A DNA stretch of 32,000 nucleotides, taken from positions 2,310,001-2,342,000 of the forward strand of contig NZ_JAGIOS010000001.1 in assembly GCF_017876815.1 (NCBI RefSeq), read 5' to 3'. Shown in pieces: positions 24,093-32,000 of the stretch. Under the pieces are notes generated by a model. That model made no database searches, was not told the origin of the DNA, and saw only the letters and a program-made list of their open reading frames with translations. The translations under genes were made by a program, and so were the position numbers. Numbering within the stretch: the first letter of the stretch is position 1; every line of letters begins with the position of its first letter. This stretch comes from Sinorhizobium meliloti (GTDB taxonomy: Bacteria > Pseudomonadota > Alphaproteobacteria > Rhizobiales > Rhizobiaceae).

Positions 24093-24992
24093 CTACTCCA
24101 TGATGCGCGGCAATCCAGCGGCGAGTTTGTCGATCACCACCCGCAGTTTCGGCAGCATGTGTTGCGTTCGCGGCCAGACTGCGTGGGCCTTGAAGATCAG
24201 ACCCGGCCGGTCGGTGAGGACACGGACAAGTTCGCCTTTCTGCACGCGCTCGCGCACCAGCCAGCAAGGCAGCCAGGCAAGGCCGTGGCCGGCGGCAGCC
24301 GCATCGGCGATTGCGGCGAGATCGTCGAGCCTCAGCCGCGTTTGCGGCAGCACGATTTCCGCCGCCTTGCCGTCGGACGGAAAGGACCAGGATAGCGGCT
24401 CGCCTCCGCGGGCGTAGACGATGCCTTCATGTGCGGCGAGTTCGGCAACCGTCCTCGGCATGCCGTGCGCTTCGAGATAGGCAGGGGAGGCGCAGACGGT
24501 CATCCGCTGTTCCGCCACCGTGCGCATCATCAGGCCTGAGCCGTTACCGAGGGGGCTGTTGCGGATGGCCAGATCGAAGCCCTCGTCGAGAAGATCGATG
24601 ACCCGGTCATTGAAGGAGAGATCGAACTCCAGACGGGGATGCGACCGCAACAGGTCGCGAAGCAGCGGCGCCACGCATTGGCGGCCGAAGAGGACCGGCA
24701 TCGAGATGCGCAGGCGGCCGCGAATTTCCCGCCTCCCGGATTCGAGGAGGTCTTCGGCCGTTCTGATTTCGCCGAGCGCTTTTTGGCAGCTCTCGTAGAA
24801 GAGCTGCCCTTCTTCGGTGAGACTCTGCGTCCGTGTGGTGCGATGGAAGAGGCGCACGCCGAGCCGCCGTTCGAGCCGGGAGACCGTCTTGCCCACGGCC
24901 GAGCGCGAAAGATTGAGCCGGGCGGCGGCGGCGGAAAAGCCACCGGCATCGGCAACTTCCACGAAAACCGAAATGCCGTTGAAGCGCTCCAT
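24093..24992 (-). CDS. LysR-family transcriptional regulator
   Basis: ATG 24992 lies 8 nt after GGAGGA. The product MERFNGISVFVEVADAGGFSAAAARLNLSRSAVGKTVSRLERRLGVRLFHRTTR is a classic LysR wHTH. The track start 25055 is an extension. Confidence 0.92.
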   Translation of the reverse strand: MERFNGISVFVEVADAGGFSAAAARLNLSRSAVGKTVSRLERRLGVRLFHRTTRTQSLTEEGQLFYESCQKALGEIRTAEDLLESGRREIRGRLRISMPVLFGRQCVAPLLRDLLRSHPRLEFDLSFNDRVIDLLDEGFDLAIRNSPLGNGSGLMMRTVAEQRMTVCASPAYLEAHGMPRTVAELAAHEGIVYARGGEPLSWSFPSDGKAAEIVLPQTRLRLDDLAAIADAAAAGHGLAWLPCWLVRERVQKGELVRVLTDRPGLIFKAHAVWPRTQHMLPKLRVVIDKLAAGLPRIME

Positions 24993-25015
24993 GAATTGCG
25001 TCCTCCGGGGAACCA

Positions 25016-25030
25016 ATGATGGGAAATCAT
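25016..25030. promoter_or_regulatory. LysR-type T-N11-A box
   Basis: ATGATgggaaATCAT dyad (TGAT-N5-ATCA, giving T-N11-A). It lies in the 104-bp divergent region between the LysR gene and the MDR oxidoreductase gene. Confidence 0.5.
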
Positions 25031-25096
25031 ATCGCAACTGAAGAAGAATATTCAACAGTATGCTCGCCTTACCGCAACAGATGAAAAGGAACGAGC

Positions 25097-26119
25097 ATGT
25101 CCAAATGGATGCAGGAATGGAGCACCGAGACGGTGGCCCCCCACGATCTCAAGCTTGCCGAACGGCCGGTGCCGGAGGCCGGCGAACACGATATAATCGT
25201 GCGCACGCTTGCCGTATCGCTCAACTACCGCGACAAACTGGTACTCGAGACCGGCATGGGGCTCGATCTCGCTTTTCCCTTCGTGCCGGCCTCGGATATG
25301 AGCGGAGTGGTCGAGGCCGTCGGCAAGAGCGTGACGCGTTTCCGGCCGGGCGATCGCGTGATCTCCACCTTCGCCCCCGGATGGCTTGACGGCTTACGAC
25401 CCGGCACCGGCAGGACGCCTGCCTATGAGACGCTCGGCGGCGCGCATCCGGGCGTCCTGTCGGAATATGTGGTTCTCCCTGAGGGCTGGTTCGTCGCAGC
25501 GCCGAAGAGCCTCGACGCGGCGGAGGCGAGTACCTTGCCCTGTGCGGGGCTGACCGCCTGGTTCGCTCTTGTCGAGAAGGGTCATTTGCGGGCGGGCGAC
25601 CGTGTCGTCGTGCAGGGTACCGGCGGCGTTGCGCTGTTCGGATTGCAGATCGCAAAGGCGACCGGAGCCGAGGTCATCGTGACCTCGAGCAGCCGCGAAA
25701 AGCTCGATCGGGCTTTCGCGCTCGGTGCCGATCACGGCATCAATCGCCTGGAGGAGGACTGGGTGGAGCGCGTCTATGCGCTGACCGGGGACCGTGGCGC
25801 CGACCACATTCTGGAGATCGCCGGCGGCGCCGGGCTCGGCCAGTCCCTGAAAGCGGTCGCGCCGGACGGGCGCATCTCGGTGATCGGCGTGCTCGAGGGC
25901 TTCGAGGTCTCAGGCCCGGTCGGGCCGCTTCTCCTGAAGTCTCCCGTCGTGCAGGGTATCAGCGTCGGTCACCGCAGAGCGCTCGAAGATCTGGTCGGGG
26001 CCGTCGACCGCCTTGGACTGAAGCCCGTCATCGACATGCGTTACAAGTTCACCGAGGTCCCCGAGGCCCTCGCACATCTTGACCGCGGCCCCTTCGGCAA
26101 GGTGGTGATAGAGTTTTGA
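25097..26119 (+). CDS. MDR-superfamily NAD(P)H-dependent oxidoreductase (quinone oxidoreductase/zinc-type ADH-like)
   Basis: 340 aa. Contains RTLAVSLNYRDKLV, the Rossmann motif VVVQGTGGVALFGLQIAK and the end GPFGKVVIEF. AAGGA SD is present. Confidence 0.88.
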   Translation: MSKWMQEWSTETVAPHDLKLAERPVPEAGEHDIIVRTLAVSLNYRDKLVLETGMGLDLAFPFVPASDMSGVVEAVGKSVTRFRPGDRVISTFAPGWLDGLRPGTGRTPAYETLGGAHPGVLSEYVVLPEGWFVAAPKSLDAAEASTLPCAGLTAWFALVEKGHLRAGDRVVVQGTGGVALFGLQIAKATGAEVIVTSSSREKLDRAFALGADHGINRLEEDWVERVYALTGDRGADHILEIAGGAGLGQSLKAVAPDGRISVIGVLEGFEVSGPVGPLLLKSPVVQGISVGHRRALEDLVGAVDRLGLKPVIDMRYKFTEVPEALAHLDRGPFGKVVIEF

Positions 26120-26133
26120 CGCGATAGGAACGC

Positions 26134-26164
26134 GGAAGGCCGCCGGCGATGCCGGCGGCCTTCC
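26134..26164. terminator. bidirectional hairpin between convergent genes
   Basis: ggaaggccgccggc-gat-gccggcggccttcc forms a perfect 14-bp stem. It lies between the MDR gene stop (26119) and the preA stop (26184). Confidence 0.7.
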
Positions 26165-26183
26165 GGTCTGACTTGTACGTCCT

Positions 26184-27497
26184 TCACTCGGCGGCCTGGC
26201 GGGCCATCGGGTTGTTCGGATGGGTCGTCCAGTTGGCGTAGTTCGGGTCGACCGGTTTCCCGGTGCGCCGGTCGAGTGTGCCGGCCGCGAGCGGCTCCAT
26301 GGTGATGCAGTTCTCCACCGGACAGACATTGACGCAGAGGTTGCAGCCGACGCATTCCTCCTCGATCACCTCGAAATGGCGCACGCCATTGACGAATTGG
26401 GTGATTGCCTGATGCGAAGTGTCCTCGCAGGCGATATGACAGCGGCCGCATTTGATGCAGGCGTCCTGATCGATCTTCGCCTTGGCGATATAGTTGAGGT
26501 TGAGATATTGCCAGTCGGTGACCTTCGGGACGGCTCGGCCGCTGATGTCGTCGAGCGTCCGATGGCCCTTGGCGTCCATCCAGTCGGAGAGGCCGGTGAT
26601 CATCTCCTGGACGATCTTGAAGCCATAGGTCATTGCGGCAGTGCAGACCTGTACGTTGCCGGCGCCGAGCGCCATGAATTCGGCCGCATCCCGCCAGGTG
26701 GTCACGCCGCCGATGCCCGAAATCGGCAGGCCGTAGGTCTCCGGATCACGGGCGATCTCGGCCACCATGTTGAGCGCGATCGGCTTCACGGCCGGGCCGC
26801 AATAACCGCCATGGCTTCCGCGGCCGTCGATCGAGGGCTCCGGCGAGAAAGTGTCGAGGTTGACGCCGGTGATGGAGTTGATCGTGTTGATGAGCGACAC
26901 CGCGTCGGTGCCGCCGGCCTTGGCAGCGCGGGCGGGCTTGCGGATGTCGGTGATGTTCGGCGTAAGCTTGGTGATGACAGGCATGCGCGTGTATTGCTTG
27001 CACCAGCGCACCACCATTTCGATGTATTCCGGCACCTGGCCTACCGCCGAGCCCATACCGCGCTCGGACATGCCGTGCGGACAGCCGAAATTGAGCTCGA
27101 TGCCGTCGGCGCCGGTCTCCTCGACCAGCGGCAGGATCGCCTTCCAGGCGTTCTCCTCGCAAGGCACCATGATCGAGGCGATCAGGGCTCGATCCGGCCA
27201 GTTCATCTTCACCTGCTTCATTTCGCGCAGGTTCACATAGAGATCGCGGTCGGTAATGAGTTCGATATTGTTGAAACCCAGCAGCCGCCGGTCGGCGCCC
27301 CAGATCGCGCCGTAGCGCGGGCCGTTGACATTGACCACCGGCGGTCCTTCTTCCCCGAGCGTCTTCCAGACGACGCCGCCCCAGCCCGCCTTGAAGGCGC
27401 GCTCGACGTTGTAGGCCTTGTCCGTCGGCGGCGCCGAGGCGAGCCAGAACGGGTTCGGGGATTTGATGCCGACAAAATTGTTGCGAAGATCAGCCAT
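26184..27497 (-). CDS. preA: NAD-dependent dihydropyrimidine dehydrogenase subunit PreA (DHOD-like FMN domain + 2x[4Fe-4S])
   Basis: ATG 27497 gives 437 aa, MADLRNNFVGIKSPNPFWLASAPPT...ELNFGCPHGM... The C-terminus has CIKCGRCHIAC and CVGCNLCVNVCP. The track ORF to 27785 is an extension into preT. Confidence 0.93.
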   Translation of the reverse strand: MADLRNNFVGIKSPNPFWLASAPPTDKAYNVERAFKAGWGGVVWKTLGEEGPPVVNVNGPRYGAIWGADRRLLGFNNIELITDRDLYVNLREMKQVKMNWPDRALIASIMVPCEENAWKAILPLVEETGADGIELNFGCPHGMSERGMGSAVGQVPEYIEMVVRWCKQYTRMPVITKLTPNITDIRKPARAAKAGGTDAVSLINTINSITGVNLDTFSPEPSIDGRGSHGGYCGPAVKPIALNMVAEIARDPETYGLPISGIGGVTTWRDAAEFMALGAGNVQVCTAAMTYGFKIVQEMITGLSDWMDAKGHRTLDDISGRAVPKVTDWQYLNLNYIAKAKIDQDACIKCGRCHIACEDTSHQAITQFVNGVRHFEVIEEECVGCNLCVNVCPVENCITMEPLAAGTLDRRTGKPVDPNYANWTTHPNNPMARQAAE

Positions 27498-27528
27498 TGT
27501 TCTCGTCCTCTCGATCCTGTTCTGCTTT

Positions 27529-28890
27529 TCAAGCAACGGCGCTCGCCAGCGGCTGAGCCACGGCGAAAGCCCGGTCGATCGATCCGGCGGCATCGCGTCC
27601 CATCGCGACGGCCGAAACGGTGAGGTCCTCGCCCCCGAGCACGCAGTCACCGCCGGCCCAGACCTTTTCCAGCGAGGTGCGTCCTTCCGAATCGACGACG
27701 ATGCGTCCGCTTTCCATGCGAAGGGCGCCGAGGCCGGAGGCCTCGAAGGCCTGGCCGATGGCCTTGAAGATCTGGTCGGCGGCAATGATTCCGGTCTCGC
27801 CGGTCGTTGTCAGCTTCCCGTTTTCAAGCGTGGTGTAGTCGAGTTCGATGCCGGCGACCCGGCCATCCTTGACGGCGATGCGCTTCGGCTGCAGCCAGTG
27901 GCGGATGGTGACGCCCTTGGAAGCCGCAAGGTCCTGCTCGAATTCCGAGGCGTTCATGTGCTCCTTGCCGCGGCGATAGCAGATCGTCACTTCCTCGGCG
28001 CCGAGCAGCTTCGCCTGGACGGCGGCGTCGATCGCAGTCATGCCGCCGCCGAGCACCACGACGCGCCGGCCGACCGGAATGTCGGCCTTTGTCTTCGACT
28101 GGCGAAGTGCGGCGATGAAGTCGACGGCGTCCTCGACGCCTTCGGCATTCTCGCCTTCGATCCGCAGTGCATTGACACCTGCAAGACCGAGGCCGAGAAA
28201 GACGGCATCGAATTCTTCCGCCAGATCGGCAAGAGAGAAGTCGCGGCCGAGCGCCTTGCCGTGGCTGACCTCGATGCCGCCGACCGAAAGCACGTATTCC
28301 ACCTCTCTCTGGGCGAAGTCGTCGACCGCCTTATAGGCGGCGATGCCGTATTCGTTGAGGCCGCCGGATTTTTCGCGCGCATCGTAGATCACCACGTCGT
28401 GGCCTTTCACGGCCAGCCGATGCGCGCAGGCGAGCCCCGCCGGCCCGGCGCCGACGACGGCGACCCTGCGGCCGGAACGAGCGGCGCGCGAATAGAACTG
28501 CTTGTTCTCCCGCATGGCGATGTCCGTCGCGTAGCGCTGCAGGCGGCCGATTTCGACCGGCCGCTCCTCGGCCGTGTTGCGTACGCAGGCCTCTTCGCAG
28601 AGCGTCTCGGTGGGACAGACGCGGGCGCACATGCCGCCCAGTATGTTCTGGTCGAAGATCGTCTTCGCCGAGCCGATCGGATTGCCCGTCGCGATCTGGC
28701 GAATGAAGAGCGGGATGTCGATGGAGGTCGGACAGGCGGTCATGCAGGGCGCGTCATGACAGAAATAACAGCGGTCGGCGGCGACCAGCGCCTCGTGCCT
28801 GTCGAGCGACGGATGAAGGTCGGAGAAATTGGCTTCGTACTCGGCAAGCGGCAGCCGCCCGCCGAGAATCCCAGATTGCGTCGTTCCCAT
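27529..28890 (-). CDS. preT: dihydropyrimidine dehydrogenase subunit PreT (GltD-like NAD(P)/FAD oxidoreductase)
   Basis: 453 aa. Contains CYFCHDAPCMTACPTSIDIP, GGMCARVCPTETLCEEAC and VAVVGAGPAGLACAHRLA. Confidence 0.93.
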   Translation of the reverse strand: MGTTQSGILGGRLPLAEYEANFSDLHPSLDRHEALVAADRCYFCHDAPCMTACPTSIDIPLFIRQIATGNPIGSAKTIFDQNILGGMCARVCPTETLCEEACVRNTAEERPVEIGRLQRYATDIAMRENKQFYSRAARSGRRVAVVGAGPAGLACAHRLAVKGHDVVIYDAREKSGGLNEYGIAAYKAVDDFAQREVEYVLSVGGIEVSHGKALGRDFSLADLAEEFDAVFLGLGLAGVNALRIEGENAEGVEDAVDFIAALRQSKTKADIPVGRRVVVLGGGMTAIDAAVQAKLLGAEEVTICYRRGKEHMNASEFEQDLAASKGVTIRHWLQPKRIAVKDGRVAGIELDYTTLENGKLTTTGETGIIAADQIFKAIGQAFEASGLGALRMESGRIVVDSEGRTSLEKVWAGGDCVLGGEDLTVSAVAMGRDAAGSIDRAFAVAQPLASAVA

Positions 28891-29089
28891 TTTTGGCTCC
28901 CAATGTTTTCTCAGGATGAGGGAACGGTAACATGCTTTATTTTTTTATCAAACGGTAAAATTTCCTTCCAAACCGGCGTAAAAGCCTGGAAAACCGGACC
29001 TTGCCCGCGGCAAGGTGCGGCGCACATCTCCCCCCGTTTGACAGCGCATGGAAAATAGTGGCAGCAAATCAAGGGGAAGGGAGCAGTCG

Positions 29090-30043
29090 ATGGCACGCAA
29101 GGCGGAAAGCAGCAACAGGCTGGACGACGCAGCCCGCGCAGGCTGGCTCTATTATGTCGCCGGCCGTACGCAGGACGAGATTGCGTCGGTGATGGGAATT
29201 TCCCGGCAATCGGCACAACGCCTCGTGTCGCTTGCCATGGCCGAGCGGCTGATCAAGGTGCGCCTGGACCATCCGATCGCCGCCTGCCTCGAAATGGCGG
29301 CGCGTCTCAAGGAGAAATACGATCTCAAGCATGTCGACGTCGTCCCGAGCGATCCAGGTTCCGACTCGACCACCGTGGGCATCGCCGAGGCCGGGGCGGC
29401 GGAAATCGAGCGCTGGCTGAAATCGGCCGAGCCCGTGGTGCTGGCGATCGGCACGGGCCGGACGCTGAAGGCGACCATCGACCAGCTGCCATCGATGGAA
29501 TGCCCGCAGCACCGTATCGTTTCGCTCACCGGCAATATCCGGCTCGACGGGTCGGCCGCCTATTACAACGTCATCTTCAGCATGGCGGACACGATCAAGG
29601 CGCGGCATTTTCCCATGCCCTTGCCGGTTCTCGTCTCCTCGCCGGAAGAGCGGGAAGTCCTGCACAAGCAGAGCCTGGTGCAGATCGCCCTGGAACTCGG
29701 CGCCGAGGCGGACGCTGCCTTCGTGGGCGTCGGCGAACTTGGGCCCGACGCGCCGCTTTGCGAAGACGGGTTCCTGGCGCGCGATGAAATGGCACGGCTG
29801 ATGGCGGCGGGCGCTGCCGGCGAAATCTGCGGTTGGATGTTCGACCACGAAGGCGTGCTCCTGCCCGACAGCATCAATGAGCGCGTCGCCTCGGTTCCGC
29901 TGCCGCCGCGTGACCGCGCGTCGGTTATCGGCATCGCCAAGGGCAGGCGCAAACACGAGGCGCTGCGCGCCGCACTCAAGGGCAGGATCATCAACGGTCT
30001 CGTCACCGATGAGGCTACGGCCGACTATCTGCTCCGGGTCTAG
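29090..30043 (+). CDS. SorC/DeoR-type sugar-binding transcriptional regulator
   Basis: ATG 29090 follows GGGAAGGGAG. The N-terminal HTH is AARAGWLYYVAGRTQDEIASVMGISRQSAQRLV, followed by the SorC sugar-binding domain (LAIGTGRTL...). It lies upstream of the smo-type operon. Confidence 0.88.
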   Translation: MARKAESSNRLDDAARAGWLYYVAGRTQDEIASVMGISRQSAQRLVSLAMAERLIKVRLDHPIAACLEMAARLKEKYDLKHVDVVPSDPGSDSTTVGIAEAGAAEIERWLKSAEPVVLAIGTGRTLKATIDQLPSMECPQHRIVSLTGNIRLDGSAAYYNVIFSMADTIKARHFPMPLPVLVSSPEEREVLHKQSLVQIALELGAEADAAFVGVGELGPDAPLCEDGFLARDEMARLMAAGAAGEICGWMFDHEGVLLPDSINERVASVPLPPRDRASVIGIAKGRRKHEALRAALKGRIINGLVTDEATADYLLRV

Positions 30044-30161
30044 ATCGCGCAGCCGGTCGCGGGACCGCGGCATCGACGCGCTTCTCCCGAAATCCCCGTA
30101 AAAAATGCGAAGCTAAAACATCTTCTTAGCCGCTCCCGCGCATCGCGGCGACAAATGCGGA

Positions 30162-30203
30162 TTGACATTTCAGCTCAATCGGTGAGTAATTGCTCACGAG
30201 CAA
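30162..30203 (+). promoter_or_regulatory. candidate smoE promoter with overlapping dyads
   Basis: TTGACA (30162-30167)-N17-AGTAAT (30185-30190). The dyad GTGAGtaattgCTCAC (30182-30197) and the dyad TTGCTCacGAGCAA (30190-30203) overlap the -10. Confidence 0.45.
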
Positions 30204-30236
30204 GGCAAATGCTCAATTTCTTCTGGGAGGAAGTCG

Positions 30237-31547
30237 ATGAATTTGAGAACTTTCCTGCTGGGCACGTGCTCGGCAGTTGCTCTGGCGGGTCTGGCCCAAG
30301 CGGAGACCCTGACCATTGCCACCGTGAACAACGGCGACATGATCCGGATGCAGAAGCTGACGGACGATTTCACGTCGAAAAATCCGGACATCCAGCTTGA
30401 GTGGGTCACTCTCGAGGAAAACGTGCTACGCCAGCGCGTCACGACCGACATCGCGACCAAGGGCGGTCAGTACGACATCATGACGATCGGCACCTATGAG
30501 GTGCCGATCTGGGCGAAGCAGGGCTGGCTCCTGCCGCTCGACGACCTCGGTCCCGAATACGACGTCGACGACCTTCTGCCGGCGATCCGCAGCGGCCTGA
30601 CCATCGACGGCAAGCTCTATGCAGCACCGTTCTACGGCGAGAGCTCGATGGTCATGTACCGCAAGGACCTGTTCGAGAAGGCCGGGCTTACCATGCCCGA
30701 TGCGCCGACCTGGGATTTCATCGCCGATGCGGCCCGCAAGATCACCGACAAGGGCAACGAGATCTACGGTATCTGCCTGCGCGGCAAGGCCGGCTGGGGC
30801 GAGAACATGGCTTTCCTGACGGCCACCGCAAACGCCTTCGGCGCCCGCTGGTTCGACGAGAACTGGAAGCCGCAGTTCGATCAGCCGGAATGGAAGAACG
30901 CACTCGACTTCTACGTCAAGCTGATGAATGACGCAGGCCCGCCCGGCGCCTCGTCCAACGGCTTCAACGAGAACCTGTCGCTGTTCCAGACCGGCAAGTG
31001 CGGCATGTGGATCGACGCGACCGTCGCCGCCTCCTTCGTGACCAATCCGAAGGAGTCGACCGTCGCCGACAAGGTCGGTTTCGCGCTCGCTCCAGACACC
31101 GGCCTCGGCAAGCGCGGCAACTGGCTCTGGGCCTGGAACCTCGCCATTCCGGCAGGATCGCAGAAGGCCGAGTCGGCGCAGAAGTTCATCGCCTGGGCGA
31201 CGGGCAAGGATTATCTGAAGCTCGTTGCCGAGAAGGAAGGCTGGGCGAACGTTCCTCCCGGTACCCGCACCTCGCTCTATGAGAATCCGGAGTACCAGAA
31301 GGCGGCGCCCTTCGCGAAGATGACCCTGGACTCGATCAATGCCGCCGACCCCAAGAACCCGGCGGTGAAGCCGGTGCCCTATGTCGGCGTCCAGTTCGTG
31401 GCGATCCCGGAATTCCAGGGCCTCGGCACGGCGGTCGGGCAGGTGTTCTCGGCGGCCCTGGCCGGTCAGATGAGCGTGGATCAGGCGCTTGCCAGCGCGC
31501 AGCAGCTGTCGACCCGCGAAATGACCAAGGCCGGCTACATCAAGTGA
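30237..31547 (+). CDS. smoE: sorbitol/mannitol-type ABC transporter substrate-binding protein
   Basis: 436 aa with signal peptide MNLRTFLLGTCSAVALAGLAQA/ET. It looks like a cluster-D sugar SBP closely resembling SmoE-type polyol binders, an assignment made from memory of the smoEFGK family. SD GGGAGGA is present. Confidence 0.85.
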   Translation: MNLRTFLLGTCSAVALAGLAQAETLTIATVNNGDMIRMQKLTDDFTSKNPDIQLEWVTLEENVLRQRVTTDIATKGGQYDIMTIGTYEVPIWAKQGWLLPLDDLGPEYDVDDLLPAIRSGLTIDGKLYAAPFYGESSMVMYRKDLFEKAGLTMPDAPTWDFIADAARKITDKGNEIYGICLRGKAGWGENMAFLTATANAFGARWFDENWKPQFDQPEWKNALDFYVKLMNDAGPPGASSNGFNENLSLFQTGKCGMWIDATVAASFVTNPKESTVADKVGFALAPDTGLGKRGNWLWAWNLAIPAGSQKAESAQKFIAWATGKDYLKLVAEKEGWANVPPGTRTSLYENPEYQKAAPFAKMTLDSINAADPKNPAVKPVPYVGVQFVAIPEFQGLGTAVGQVFSAALAGQMSVDQALASAQQLSTREMTKAGYIK

Positions 31548-31558
31548 GCTCCCAAGGA

Positions 31559-31594
31559 GCCGGAGCGTCTGCTGGAAACAGTGAACGCTCCGGC
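31559..31594 (+). other. intercistronic stem-loop after the SBP gene
   Basis: gccggagcgt-N16-acgctccggc forms a 10-bp perfect stem 12 nt after the smoE stop with no T-run. This is typical of mRNA-stabilising or attenuating hairpins that raise SBP:permease ratios. Confidence 0.5.
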
Positions 31595-31736
31595 TACCTC
31601 CAGAGCGGGACGGGGAAAGGGGCAAACCCGCCTTCGATCCGCGTTCCGCTCTGACTTTTCCAATTCATGGCGCGCGTTCGGATGGCGATACGCTTGCCGT
31701 TTTGAAGAACCGCGTCGACTTCACACGGGGGACGCC

Positions 31737-32000
31737 ATGGCGACCTTGCACACCCGCTCCGCCGCGCGACTGATGATCGCGCCCTCGGTGCTCCTGCTCC
31801 TGGCCTGGATGATCGTGCCGCTGGCCATGACGATCTATTTCTCGCTGCTGCGCTACAACCTGCTGATGCCGGGAATGGAGGAGTTCGCGGGGCTTACGAA
31901 TTACACCTATTTCCTCACCGACCCGGCCTTCTTCCAGGCGATATTCAACACGCTCGCCATCGTTCTCGGCGTGCTCTTCATCACCGTGGTCGGCGGCATC
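31737..32000 (+). CDS. smoF: sugar ABC transporter permease, 5' part (continues off-window)
   Basis: ATG 31737 follows GGGGGA. The product MATLHTRSAARLMIAPSVLLLLAWMIVPLAMTIYFSLLRYNLLMPG... has a typical MalF/SmoF-type N-terminus. Confidence 0.85.
   Translation, partial: MATLHTRSAARLMIAPSVLLLLAWMIVPLAMTIYFSLLRYNLLMPGMEEFAGLTNYTYFLTDPAFFQAIFNTLAIVLGVLFITVVGGI

Noticed and set aside
1-32000. tRNA, rRNA, CRISPR arrays, intact IS/transposase or integrase, prophage or recognised anti-phage defence operons.
   Set aside because: No cloverleaf-type T-arm/acceptor signatures were seen, and no regularly spaced direct repeats with unique spacers. The only recombinase signal is the 54-codon resolvase tail at 3886-4050. 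The only defence-like module is the single type II toxin-antitoxin pair.

Overview
High-GC alpha-proteobacterial chromosome segment. Gene content, synteny and intergenic repeat families look like Sinorhizobium/Ensifer; this is an inference, since no search was possible. Left to right: (1) A + strand urease cluster, ureD(3' end)-ureA-ureB-ureC ... ureE-ureF-ureG, that is a mosaic. Three small non-ure ORFs are tightly embedded between the structural genes: a Cys-rich DUF1272-like ORF, an exported DUF1311/LprI-like ORF, and a 216-aa ORF carrying a sialyltransferase (GT29)-like motif set. The ureC-ureE gap holds a resolvase-gene remnant, a palindromic RIME/REP-like repeat, a minus-strand RelE-family (COG4737-type)/HTH toxin-antitoxin pair, a Prx5-type peroxiredoxin and an ABM-domain gene. 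(2) A minus-strand RND efflux pair (MFP plus a 1103-aa pump) preceded by an unusually long non-coding region of about 600 bp. (3) A reductive pyrimidine/hydantoin catabolic neighbourhood: an NMT1-type ABC importer operon with an embedded GNAT gene, a divergent cupin, dihydropyrimidinase, an M20-type N-carbamoyl-amino-acid/beta-ureidopropionase amidohydrolase, a RutR-like TetR regulator with a RutR-box-like operator, and preT-preA dihydropyrimidine dehydrogenase displaced about 4.3 kb away. (4) Between those lies a block beginning at a 50-bp near-perfect inverted repeat: a membrane/[2Fe-2S]/class III adenylate cyclase (CyaC-like), a LysR regulator and a divergent MDR oxidoreductase. (5) A SorC-family regulator and the start of a sorbitol/mannitol-type ABC operon (smoE, smoF 5' end). 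No rRNA, tRNA, CRISPR array or intact transposase was recognised. I see no obvious complete new multi-gene system. The best candidates for undescribed biology are the GT29-like ORF and its two companions inside the urease operon, the promoter/mini-ORF/structured leader ahead of the RND pump, and the GNAT and cupin accessories of the pyrimidine importer.
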